Virus genome (UHGV): UHGV-1372779
Length of the DNA: 64,000 nucleotides
Direction: 5' to 3' (one strand)
Source of the DNA: a virus
Shown piece by piece: positions 31,501-40,500 of this stretch (position 1 is its first letter; every line of letters starts with the position of its first letter). Below the pieces are notes generated by a model. The model was not told where the DNA came from. It saw only the letters and a program-made list of their open reading frames with translations, and did not search any database. The position numbers and the translations under genes are program-made.

Positions 31501-33042
31501 TACTTGCATACCTGCATCATTATATGATAAAGTTCCTTTTCTAGGATTACCATTAGAATCTACCATAAATACATATTTAGTAGGTTGAAAAATACTCCCA
31601 CTAGAAGTATCATAGTTTTTATCATATATAGCAAATAAAGCATTATTATTTCTAACATCATCAGAATCTATAGAAGAAGTTAGATCTTCTATTTTTCCCT
31701 CAAAGTTATCAACAAATAATCCTGGGAATTTTTTATTTAAATAGTTTAGTACATGATAGTTACCAGCTCCAGTTCTAACTCCAATAGATTGAAGACCTTC
31801 AAAGTTAGTTTTATGTTTATTTAAAGTATCAAAAAATACATTTCTAAACTCTGAATCTGTGTTAGATAACTGTCTTGCAGCATTAGTGTCTCCTACATAC
31901 ACACCCCTATTATAAAACCCAGTTTTGTAATATCCAGTTGGATTAGCTTTTTTACCATAAGGTTCTAACCATAAATATCCACTAAATAAGTTACCTGAAG
32001 AATCTCTTAATCCTTCTTTACTTTGGGTATATGTTTCACCTCCTAAATTTAAAGATAATGGAGTATTTTCGGGTATTTTTAACTCAGATCTTAGTTGATT
32101 TTCTTGAGTTATTCTTTCCTGTTCTGGAGATAAGGGATTGGGACTAACAGGTTGTTGTCTATTATTTCCACTACCAAATATATAATCTGCCCAGAAATCA
32201 CCAAATTTTCTATTTCTTAGTTGTTCAGAGAAGCTCCAAGTGGATTTATTTTTATCAAATATTCTATTCCCATTTGCATCTAATTTATACTGACCATTAG
32301 CATCTTTTTCGTATAGATCATCATCTAAAGATTCTAGATCATTAACAAATTGATCATATTCTTCTAAAGATCCAAATGGTAATTCTCCTGCAACATTAAA
32401 TGCAGATTTATCAGTAAAATATTCAGCAAATCTATTTCTATTTTCTTTTAAAGTCTTTGCAACATCACTAGTTCTCTGTCTTTCAGTCATGTTGTTATAT
32501 GTATCTTGTCTAAATTTGTTTCCCCAGATTGTGCTTAACAACATATTCTTAGGATTATAATCTAAATTGATTTTTTCAGGAGAGCTTACAGAAGTATCTA
32601 TTGTAGATAAATTTAGTAAGTTTCTCTTTATTGCATTAGTTAAATAGTCACTACTATACTTATCAGAAGGATCAAAACTTCCGGCGGTTTGATTATTATA
32701 TTTAATATCAAATCCTCCTTTTGAGTTTAGATCAATAGATTGTATATCTCCTTGATCAATCATATTCAAGAATCTTTTGTAATCAGAATCTACATTTTTT
32801 CCTCTTTTTCTATAAGAAGAAACTAATCCTCTAGCATCATCTGTTCCTTGCCAGTTGATTAATTTTTCTTTAGCTTCAGACTTAGAATACTTCTTACCAT
32901 TTATAGTAATGGAATTAGTATCAGCTTCAAGTTGCTTTTTTCTTTTCTTCTCTTCTAATTTGGCCTTCTGATTATTATATTCTTGTAAGTTTTTAGGAGT
33001 TACTTTTCCTCCGTCTTGAAGTTTTTTTATAACTTGTGACAT
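28510..33042 (-). CDS. Large protein of about 1510 aa whose true start is MSQVIKKLQDGG. It is Gly/Ala-rich and coiled-coil-rich, suggesting a tape-measure or ejection-like protein.
   Basis: The 14-codon N-terminal extension in the ORF track overlaps a terminator hairpin. The internal Met yields the same KLQDGG leader as the neighbouring genes. There is an internal 'IKLQAGG' and a highly charged K/E/R/Q-rich segment. Confidence 0.65.
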   Translation of the reverse strand: MSQVIKKLQDGGKVTPKNLQEYNNQKAKLEEKKRKKQLEADTNSITINGKKYSKSEAKEKLINWQGTDDARGLVSSYRKRGKNVDSDYKRFLNMIDQGDIQSIDLNSKGGFDIKYNNQTAGSFDPSDKYSSDYLTNAIKRNLLNLSTIDTSVSSPEKINLDYNPKNMLLSTIWGNKFRQDTYNNMTERQRTSDVAKTLKENRNRFAEYFTDKSAFNVAGELPFGSLEEYDQFVNDLESLDDDLYEKDANGQYKLDANGNRIFDKNKSTWSFSEQLRNRKFGDFWADYIFGSGNNRQQPVSPNPLSPEQERITQENQLRSELKIPENTPLSLNLGGETYTQSKEGLRDSSGNLFSGYLWLEPYGKKANPTGYYKTGFYNRGVYVGDTNAARQLSNTDSEFRNVFFDTLNKHKTNFEGLQSIGVRTGAGNYHVLNYLNKKFPGLFVDNFEGKIEDLTSSIDSDDVRNNNALFAIYDKNYDTSSGSIFQPTKYVFMVDSNGNPRKGTLSYNDAGMQVFTDEQGNQTILRSGTSQSKYPVSVTLQELIQRGLKGTEGAIKPQATTLAQVTRGNRPTGGLGSVAMDKNGGVIKLQAGGNIMLGDNVREKTAATMGDVFNDSFGDLSDADKLDLAALALDVTGLVSTAAVGVGNVVGTTAGVGSTALSTAADIKRGDMSGWGIAGNTLLNLGMDAATLIPGLGSVAKASKVAKVAKRVAPLLRKYFTAAGAVQAGSALTKLVSGQEMTIGDWRMLASGLTPLASNARQTYAKQAFTQKTQGSSKPITVSSNKDNYTITLSESEIGKFNGLDNNGKLAFYKDKLKKQYNLSDEELGTINLNKKELLSPKSWIGTNKAKLDKSTVGRELKPEVVENLANNKYGWFKKGLLEERMFTKPGEVSLPEEKYIKLKPNTYGTIEVDKNVLNRPKLGEGKIIEALPESRQLNSFTAPAGVGEIQYKSIKDIKPVRITSESPYKSEAENLGRYSTMAEANRQKTQKSAKFASGISEQDRKRQAKAHNIEKGKREAEAKRKEKADQERRNVEETAKLGERLQRERFRQKEYQDIVNYNKQQKEAAQKATQKVEYDKQSNKTRQVSKKEAKGTKKTSKDRGERIARRSLGGVLKLAYGGPLLLAGDDFINKDVDNSFLNQMSAKEYNRAYDIKKNMVGLSSLPGLNTKYEFMKGNARPVSFNMSSQPGVTLAVSGDDYITSELAKQGREQKRQALGGNNLGITPNTTYSTKTTNGSGLTSVGELNKPNFNISYPLSTLSSIISLYSKNRANNKIFDLLNNKLKPVVLDTPQDINYNIQGNEGVRHSYYRQAGNLLNLTRTPQTSDADRQLAYNLAVNKAASEARLQGDLANEQALMQSREKAFQVNANNLARREQVAAQNRSSIINMKNQKAQLEAQKIAQNAQNSDVFLHDITEQIKQRAGERQQLNTQQELLNTQKKDFSTVAKENVNEARLQKELDSLDLNSPTYEQDRKRLMSDLMAIQQSRLNRNIGYQLLQSKGMLRQIW

Positions 33043-33051
33043 AAAAATTAA

Positions 33052-33082
33052 AATAAAAAAGGAGCATTTCTCAATGCTCCCC
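33052..33082 (-). terminator. Rho-independent terminator following the 102-aa gene.
   Basis: On the minus strand: ggagcatt-gaga-aatgctcc, a perfect 8-bp stem, followed by TTTTTTATTTT. Confidence 0.6.
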
Positions 33083-33096
33083 ATCTTTATAGATTT

Positions 33097-33405
33097 TTAA
33101 AGTCTCTTACTTACTACCAATTTACCTCCCCTTTTTGCCATTACAGGTTCCGCAGGAACAGGTTCTTGTCCTCCATTCATTTGTTGTTGTGCTGTGTTAA
33201 CTAAAGCTGCACAAACCTGTAGTGCTAATTGACCATCGTTAGCTTGAAGTGCTTGAATTGCAGCTTCGATGATCATTGCCACAGGATCTTGTCCTCCTTC
33301 ACCTTGTGCTGCGGGAGCTGCAGTTGGCTCAGGTGCAGGCGTAGGTTCAGCAGACATCTGACCACCATCCTGTAGTTTCTTTATTAAATTCTCACTTATT
33401 TTCAT
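33097..33405 (-). CDS. Small Ala/Pro/Gln/Gly-rich protein of 102 aa with a 'KLQDGG' leader. Its GC content is unusually high for this genome and it has its own promoter-like region and terminator.
   Basis: ORF bounded by an AT-rich upstream region and a strong terminator. Its codon GC is visibly higher than in the flanking genes. Confidence 0.6.
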   Translation of the reverse strand: MKISENLIKKLQDGGQMSAEPTPAPEPTAAPAAQGEGGQDPVAMIIEAAIQALQANDGQLALQVCAALVNTAQQQMNGGQEPVPAEPVMAKRGGKLVVSKRL

Positions 33406-33467
33406 AATATTAATTTTTAATTTTTAATTTTAAATTTTAATTACAAACTCTTAATCTTGAATTATTT

Positions 33468-33475
33468 ACAAAAAT
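33468..33475 (-). promoter_or_regulatory. Bacteroidota-type -7 promoter motif (TAttTTTG) upstream of the 102-aa gene.
   Basis: Matches TAnnTTTG on the minus strand about 65 nt upstream of the ATG, within a 210-bp AT-rich divergent intergenic region that also contains an 8-bp inverted repeat (cttgtaaa/tttacaag). Confidence 0.25.
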
Positions 33476-33615
33476 AAAACTTTTTAACCTTGTTTCCTAG
33501 CAACCTTGTAAAATTTTAATTTACAAGATGTTGCGTTATATTATCTAATTTCTTGATCTCTGTGATATAGCTTTTATGGATTTATATATCTAAGAGAGGT
33601 ATCTGCTTATTTTTC

Positions 33616-34038
33616 ATGATTCATATTATTTCAATTGTTGTTATTTCATTATATTTGCTGTTATTAATTTTAAATTTATTCATTATGTCTATTATATCTG
33701 TTGATCCCTTCATGATAAAAGGAAAATCTGAGAATGTTTATCAATTTGTAACTTACCCTCTTGATGCCGAATTTCCAGAAAGTTCTGGTGTATATATTTA
33801 TGCAAAATGTCATGATTCAGATGATTGTTTACTTATTTATTGTGGGAAATCCAATAATTTAAAAAATAGAATAAACAGTCATAAAGATCCAAAAGATAAA
33901 ATAAATGCTCATAATCCTAACTACATATTTATTTACTATACGAACACAAAAGAACAAGCATTAAATATTGAGACAGACATTCTAGCTAATAATAGTTTTC
34001 TTGAGAATCATCAACTTCAGAACAATAAACAGGAATAG
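33616..34038 (+). CDS. Freestanding GIY-YIG homing-endonuclease-like gene (catalytic domain only). It is the only plus-strand gene in the window.
   Basis: 'SGVYIYAKC...LIYCGKSNNLKNRINSH' matches the GIY...YIG...R...H pattern. The annotated hydrophobic N-terminus may be spurious, with the real start near 'MIKGKSE'. Confidence 0.6.
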   Translation: MIHIISIVVISLYLLLLILNLFIMSIISVDPFMIKGKSENVYQFVTYPLDAEFPESSGVYIYAKCHDSDDCLLIYCGKSNNLKNRINSHKDPKDKINAHNPNYIFIYYTNTKEQALNIETDILANNSFLENHQLQNNKQE

Positions 34039-34387
34039 TTTCAGTTATTCCTGTATCTGGATTTTTAATAACTTTATAATGGTGGATAACTTTACTTCTC
34101 CATTCTGGATCTTCATATTTCTTTTTTAATAATTCAATTCTCCATCTATCTGGGCAATCTAGTGATTGTAGTGCTTCATGTGCCTCATGAGAAATATATT
34201 TATTAGGGCGAAAAACGCCATCTTTATTTAGTGATAGTAGTATATAACAAGAATCATCTGTTATAATTGCATTTGTGCTGCCAAGTTCTCCTTCAAATAC
34301 TATAACCGGAGTATCTTCTATTATGCGACCACCTTCTTCATCAAAACTCATTTTGATTTTTCCTGTATGTTCTATTTGTTTAATCAT
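33986..34387 (-). CDS. Hypothetical protein of 133 aa.
   Basis: ORF only. Its 3' end overlaps the plus-strand GIY-YIG gene convergently. Confidence 0.4.
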   Translation of the reverse strand: MIKQIEHTGKIKMSFDEEGGRIIEDTPVIVFEGELGSTNAIITDDSCYILLSLNKDGVFRPNKYISHEAHEALQSLDCPDRWRIELLKKKYEDPEWRSKVIHHYKVIKNPDTGITETIPVYCSEVDDSQENYY

Positions 34388-34406
34388 AATTCATGTTCAT
34401 TTTAAG

Positions 34407-34727
34407 TTATTCACATATATATTCTTTTTCTACACTTTCATATAAGGGAGATTTTAATGCCATTTTAATTAGTTTATCAATCTCTGTTTTCATGTATAAT
34501 ATATCTTCTTTTGTCTTAACTTCCAGACATGTAAATCTGAATTGTTCTTTTTCGAACTCATCAAAATTAAGTCCTTTATCTAAAGATTTTTTCATATCAA
34601 TTAATTCACATATTAAATCCTCATATCCAAAATGTTCTGCAAGTCTTAAACATGTATTAATCATTCTATAAAGTAATTGACTTTTGGGATATATGATATA
34701 ATCTTCTTGATCCTTATTTATTATCAT
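34407..34727 (-). CDS. Hypothetical protein of 106 aa.
   Basis: ORF only. Confidence 0.4.
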   Translation of the reverse strand: MIINKDQEDYIIYPKSQLLYRMINTCLRLAEHFGYEDLICELIDMKKSLDKGLNFDEFEKEQFRFTCLEVKTKEDILYMKTEIDKLIKMALKSPLYESVEKEYICE

Positions 34728-36198
34728 TGTTAAAATTATTTAAAATGGTTAATCCTCCTACTGATGGTAATAATTTTATAACTTCTACCGCTTTAGGAAT
34801 GTTTATATCAGAGTTAAAATGCCTGTTTCCATATTGTTCAATGAATTTATAGGCTTCTTCATCAGTTAAATCTCTTGTTCCAATTTTATTTTCTTCCCTA
34901 AATCTCCATAGATTAGAATGTAATTCTTTGGGAAGCTTACTCCAATCTGAACCCTGATATAATAGCTCTTTTAAATCCTTTGATATAGACATTGAAGGAT
35001 TAATATTAGCAAAATCATCATTTAAATTTATATTAAATAAGTTTTGCATCATATGAGTACCTTCATGTGCTGCGGTTCCTTTTATGTCTTTTAATGTTCT
35101 TAATTTGCCATTTTTATATCTGTTGATTCCGATAATATCATAATCATCTACTGGTGTGTACACTCCATTTGTTGAAGTTGTATTTAATATAAAGGAAGTG
35201 CCATTATCAGCATTGTTAAATCTAGAATTATTCTTTACTGTTGACAATTTTGCAGGAACACTTTTAGAATATCTTTTATTATCATTTAAAAATATTTTTA
35301 ATGTGTTCCATCTATTTAAATCTCCAGATATTGCTCCCATTGGAGGAAATGTATTTTCACTGTACTCACCTAATCCTATTTTAGTTCCTCTGTTTTTTAT
35401 ATTTTCATTTAAAATTAGCTTTTGAGTATTAAAGAAAGGCTGAGAATTATCTAATTTCTCACTTCCATTGAAATTCTTAAGAATAGCTTTTACTCCCTTT
35501 AGCGCACTTCTATCTTGTAATTTAAAGTATCCATTTCTTAATAATGGAACTTTATCTACAACATCATTTAAAATATCTATTTGTGGAATATTTCTAGTCA
35601 CACCACTACTAGCACCAGCAAACATTCCCGGAGAAACCATATTAGCACCAAATCTTAAAACAGGATTCTTTACATCTAAAGCCTCACCTAATTGTGCAGG
35701 TTTGCCAGTAATAGCTTCATATCCTGTATCTATTGCCATACCACCTAATGCACTTCTGCCTAAAGCTCCAAGTGCTTGATTAACACCATTACTTCCAATA
35801 ACTCCATTTGTAATTCTACCAAAATTATTAGAAGCATTTAAGGAGTTAGTAATAACTGGATTAGATAAATATGATCCTATTGAAGGTGCTATTGATGCTG
35901 TAGCTCCTATAGCAAATGGAGCTATCATCATTCCTCCTAAAATCGGAGCCATTTGTTTACCAGTTTCATTAGTTGAATTAATTACTTTTCTACCAAATCT
36001 TTCTCCTTTGTCATAGTTAGAAGGCCTTACTGTTACCTCCTCTAATGGTGAAGATTCAAATGTATCATCTAATATTTGTTTTACTATTTCTCCTTTTGGA
36101 GCAATGGATTTATATGTATCTTTATATTCCTTAGAAGTATATTTCCCTTCTTTTAGGAGTTTTGACAATTTATTTATTTTCTCAAAATCTAAAGCCAT
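34714..36198 (-). CDS. Gly/Ala-rich protein of 494 aa with a zincin HExxH motif ('AAHEGTHMMQ') and an N-terminus of MALDFEKI.
   Basis: HEGTH is read from the translation. A long G/A/I-rich segment precedes it. Confidence 0.65.
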   Translation of the reverse strand: MALDFEKINKLSKLLKEGKYTSKEYKDTYKSIAPKGEIVKQILDDTFESSPLEEVTVRPSNYDKGERFGRKVINSTNETGKQMAPILGGMMIAPFAIGATASIAPSIGSYLSNPVITNSLNASNNFGRITNGVIGSNGVNQALGALGRSALGGMAIDTGYEAITGKPAQLGEALDVKNPVLRFGANMVSPGMFAGASSGVTRNIPQIDILNDVVDKVPLLRNGYFKLQDRSALKGVKAILKNFNGSEKLDNSQPFFNTQKLILNENIKNRGTKIGLGEYSENTFPPMGAISGDLNRWNTLKIFLNDNKRYSKSVPAKLSTVKNNSRFNNADNGTSFILNTTSTNGVYTPVDDYDIIGINRYKNGKLRTLKDIKGTAAHEGTHMMQNLFNINLNDDFANINPSMSISKDLKELLYQGSDWSKLPKELHSNLWRFREENKIGTRDLTDEEAYKFIEQYGNRHFNSDINIPKAVEVIKLLPSVGGLTILNNFNNDNK

Positions 36199-36233
36199 AT
36201 TATCCTCTATGATTTAGGATTTTTCAATTATTA

Positions 36234-36241
36234 CAAATTTA
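36234..36241 (-). promoter_or_regulatory. Bacteroidota-type -7 motif (TAaaTTTG) upstream of the 494-aa gene.
   Basis: Matches TAnnTTTG 36-43 nt upstream of the ATG at 36198, in the 107-bp intergenic gap. Confidence 0.25.
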
Positions 36242-36305
36242 ACATATATTCTCATAATTTCCAATATGTTATATATTATTTAGAATGAATATAAATAATT
36301 TTATT

Positions 36306-37514
36306 TTACTCTACAGTACTAATAAATTCACCTTCATCCTTAGTATTATATAATATCTCTCTAACTAATAACTTCCCAGCCTCAATTGCAGCCTCATCAG
36401 TACCTTCTTTAAATAACTCTTCTAATCTTTCAGTCACCTTTGGTCTGAATATAATCTCATTCTTCTCAATCTCAGCTGCTTGTTTAGTGGAACCTCCTTT
36501 TTCCATTAGGACAGGGATTCCTTTGTTAGTGACTACTCCTTCAACATTGATGTTGTGTTTTCTGGCGTGTAATGCTCCGATTGGTAGGAGGTTTACATCG
36601 TTTTCTTTGTCTTTTAGATATTTTCTGTAATGAGTGATGAATTTGGCTCCTTTTTTCCCAAATGTTATATAACTATTACCTCCTAATATTCCGGACTGCT
36701 GAAGTTGTTTTCTATTATTAAACATATCAGTAGATGATGCTTGAATAGCTCTTTGGTCACTTGCTTCTCCTAGAATATCCTGTATTCCAGATTGCCAGAC
36801 CTTAGCTTGCCCAATTTTTTTATTAGCTTTCTTTCTAGCTCTGTTAGAAAGTAATCCATATTTTTTATTAGAATATTGCCCAGCCTTTTGAATATCTGCA
36901 CCTGTTCCTGTATAAGATGAATTACTTACAGCATTTTGGTCAATATCTATTGTATCTGTTTTCTTTCCAAATGCATTATTTACTAGTCCTAAGGCTCCTA
37001 AATTAAAAAAAGAGCTTCCTAGTATTGCATCAGTAGTAGTCATTTTATCTGTTCCAATTCCTACTTTTTCTAAAGCACTTCCTGCTAATTTACCAGCCTT
37101 CATTATTCCTCCTACAACCATTCCTGCAGGGCCAAAAGACATTGCTACATTAGAAATTGTATCATAAGCAGAATCAAGCCCTTGAGTTAGATTACCTTTT
37201 TTACCTGAATAATTTTTTTGGAAGACTTTAAAATTGGATAACATATCTAATCCAGCTCCTATAGCTCCCATAGGATTTGCACCTCCACCTGTTGCTCCAG
37301 TTGTTTCAGCAACTGAAGTAGTAGAGGTATTAATCCCTAATACGGAATTACCAAGATTTCTGAGTCTATCTCCTAAGGTAAAGTTAGGTTTAATAGAATT
37401 TAAACTTGCTCCTTGAGCAGCCATAGCATTTAAAGTTAAGGCTGGAGTTGTTGCTGTGAGTTGGGGATCTGTAAGAACCCCTCCCCACTGTAATTTAAAT
37501 ATTATATGTTTCAT
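36306..37514 (-). CDS. Gly-rich protein of 402 aa with an N-terminal 'MKHIIFKLQWGG' leader.
   Basis: Shares the KLQxGG motif. There are Gly-rich hydrophobic stretches (GATGGGANPMGAIGAG..). Confidence 0.65.
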   Translation of the reverse strand: MKHIIFKLQWGGVLTDPQLTATTPALTLNAMAAQGASLNSIKPNFTLGDRLRNLGNSVLGINTSTTSVAETTGATGGGANPMGAIGAGLDMLSNFKVFQKNYSGKKGNLTQGLDSAYDTISNVAMSFGPAGMVVGGIMKAGKLAGSALEKVGIGTDKMTTTDAILGSSFFNLGALGLVNNAFGKKTDTIDIDQNAVSNSSYTGTGADIQKAGQYSNKKYGLLSNRARKKANKKIGQAKVWQSGIQDILGEASDQRAIQASSTDMFNNRKQLQQSGILGGNSYITFGKKGAKFITHYRKYLKDKENDVNLLPIGALHARKHNINVEGVVTNKGIPVLMEKGGSTKQAAEIEKNEIIFRPKVTERLEELFKEGTDEAAIEAGKLLVREILYNTKDEGEFISTVE

Positions 37515-40500
37515 TAGTTATAACTTGGTGTATATATAGTTTGTATTGCTGTTATAATTGGCTTATTTTTACCATCATATTTAAATCTCACTCTCATAAA
37601 TTTATCCCTAGGTCTAATTTCCATGAATGGAAGATCTTCTACTGTTACATCTTCTCCATTTTCATAAGTTCTTCTATGAGCTCTCATAGGATCGATTTCT
37701 AAGTAGAATAAGTCTTCTTTATATACAGAATTTCCTAAGATATTTCCCCAAACCTTAATATCCCTAACATCCATGCTCTTTCTCATAGTATATTGGTTTA
37801 ATTTTCTATCTTTAAAGAATTCTGCATTTAATTGATCTAAATATAAAGGTTCTCCAGTATCATCATCATATTGAAGTTTTCCTTTTTTATAATATAATTT
37901 TGGATCGAAGGTTATAATATATTCTGGAACAAATTCTCCATCCTCTTCTTCTTTACCTAATGAAGAAGTGCTAAAATTAGGATCTGATTGATATTTATAA
38001 GAATTTTCTTTACAATTACTAAAAGCATAGGCATCTCCTATTACATCATAGAGAATCTCTACAGGAGGAACATTATTAGATAATATTTGAAAGTTGTCAA
38101 ATATTTTATGTCTGGCTCCTTCTTTATTAACTATAAATTCTAGTTCGAATGGATATTGTCTATCATACCACACACAGTTTTTAATCTCTGTTTGGTTGTC
38201 AATTATTCCTGCCACTCCATGTTTCCAGAAGTATGTAAGTTCATGAGGTTCTTGGAGTTCTGGTATATTATTTAAATAAGATAATCTAATAGTTAAAGTA
38301 TCTCTAAATACTTGTCCTGATACTTCTTTATCTTTATCCACTCCTTCTCTATTTATTTCTACCTCAATATCTAGAGTAGCATAATATTTTCCTTCCAAAA
38401 CATATTTTTTATAGGTATTTTCTGATTGTTTAAACACTATTCTACTTTCTTTGTCAGAAATAGCTTCTATATAAAAATCGTCATTATCATTAGTTTGTCC
38501 TTCATCAGGTTCAATAAATTTATATTTTAAAGATCTAACTTCATTTATATCAATAGAATCTAGCTTAAGACTTAATTCTCCAATTCCTATATCTTTAGTA
38601 TCAGAACTTAACTTAGGAAACTCAACTCCGGGATAAACTACTTCTCTTAGATAATTAGAACTGTATTTATCCCCAGAATTATCATAGCAATTTGATAAAA
38701 CAATTCCCCTCGAAGTGTAGCTATCACTCCAACAAGAGGAAACAGATGATATATTTTTAGCAGAGTCTTTATCATAACTAAAATAAATATTATTAATATT
38801 CTCAGATAATAAAGGAATCCAAGAATATCTGGTTGTCCACAAATTTAATTTTTCATTAAAGCATATATTCCATCCTATTGAATTAATATCATTTCCTAAA
38901 TTATCAGTAGATTTAATATCATCATAGAATGTAAACATTATATCATATTTAAATGCGTTATAATGAGATTTAACATTTCTTATTCCTAACAACGGAAGTA
39001 TTTCCTTTTCAGTTAAAGTTATATTATCATTTAAATAAGATTGTATTTTAAAGTCAGAAATGGTTTCAAAAGATCTTCCATCTGTTCTCCAAATTCTCTT
39101 CCCTACTGTATCTACTCCATATACAAATCTTTCTGATTTAACTATAGAGTCCTTCCATTGTGATCCAAATGTCTTAGACAACATTGTAGGTCTTTCTGGT
39201 AATACTTTATTAGAGTTAATAAAAACCTCTTCTTTATTTTGCCCTTCTCCTAATGGAACTTTTTCATTAACTGGTAATATTCCTACTCCATGTTCAAATA
39301 CTACCAATAAATTGCTATACCATTCTAATATATCAGTTATGGCTCCAAATTCTTTGTTATAATCACTATAATTATTTAATCTAAATATTCTATAAGAATT
39401 TTTAAAGGCATCGGTAGTATATATATCTGAATATATTATTCTATTAGATAGCTCATTTTTTATATAAGGAACATCGGGGAGGATAAAGTTATTCTTCTCA
39501 GAAACTGTGGAGTTAAATCCTGCATTAAATAAAGTAGAGTCAGGAATTTTATAAGATCCATCAGATTGAAATCCATTTATAGGAGCAAAAGTTCTAGGAT
39601 GGCCTACTAACCCCATCTCTGATCCATTAGAGTCATCTTCTACTCTAAGAGATAAATTTATATTGCTCATACATTTAAAGGTTACCCAGTGTCCTATATT
39701 TACAGCATTAACATCTCCTCTATTTATCTCAGCACATTCTTCTAAATCTAAAGCTCCATTTTCAAATCCTGAGTAATGATCTTTCCATGTATTTTGGTTT
39801 ATAAAATCACTGTTAATGGGAGCTTCTGGATCTTGAAAATTCCTACACATTCTATGAGTAAAGTTTCCAATGAAACAATCTCCTCTATAGCAGACAATAA
39901 AATCATCTACAAATCCATATTCTGTTCTATCACATATAGGATAAAAGGGATCGGTTATATTACCTCTTATCTTAAAATAATCCTTTAAAGAATTTTCATT
40001 ATAACCATATGTAAGCACATTGAATATACTTAAAGGATCATTATATCCTTCTATTCCTACATAAGGCCCCCATTCTCCTCTTAATAAATTAGTAGCACTC
40101 TTATTAGGATTTTCTGATTTTAAGTAAGATACTCTATAAGCTTCTTCAGCAGCACCTGCTCTAGAAGAGAATTCCATAGTTCCAGAAGAAGAAAGTTGTA
40201 CACTATCTCCAACATAGGTTAAAGTAGATGTAGTTAAATATTCTGAAGTATTACTAGTATATCCATTTACATAATAGTGCCTAGAATTTTCAAACGAAGG
40301 TTCTAAAACATCGTTCTCTGGCTTAATAGGAGCAGCTACAACTTCATAAGGTATGGCAGAAAATAATTGTGAATATAATTCAGAGTTTAATTCTGCTTCC
40401 GGAATTATTGCAGCATTTATGCCGCAGGAGTCAATAGTTCTTAATCTGTCCTCAAATTCATGATCTAGTACTCTTTCATTAGTTAAAAATGATTCCGTTA

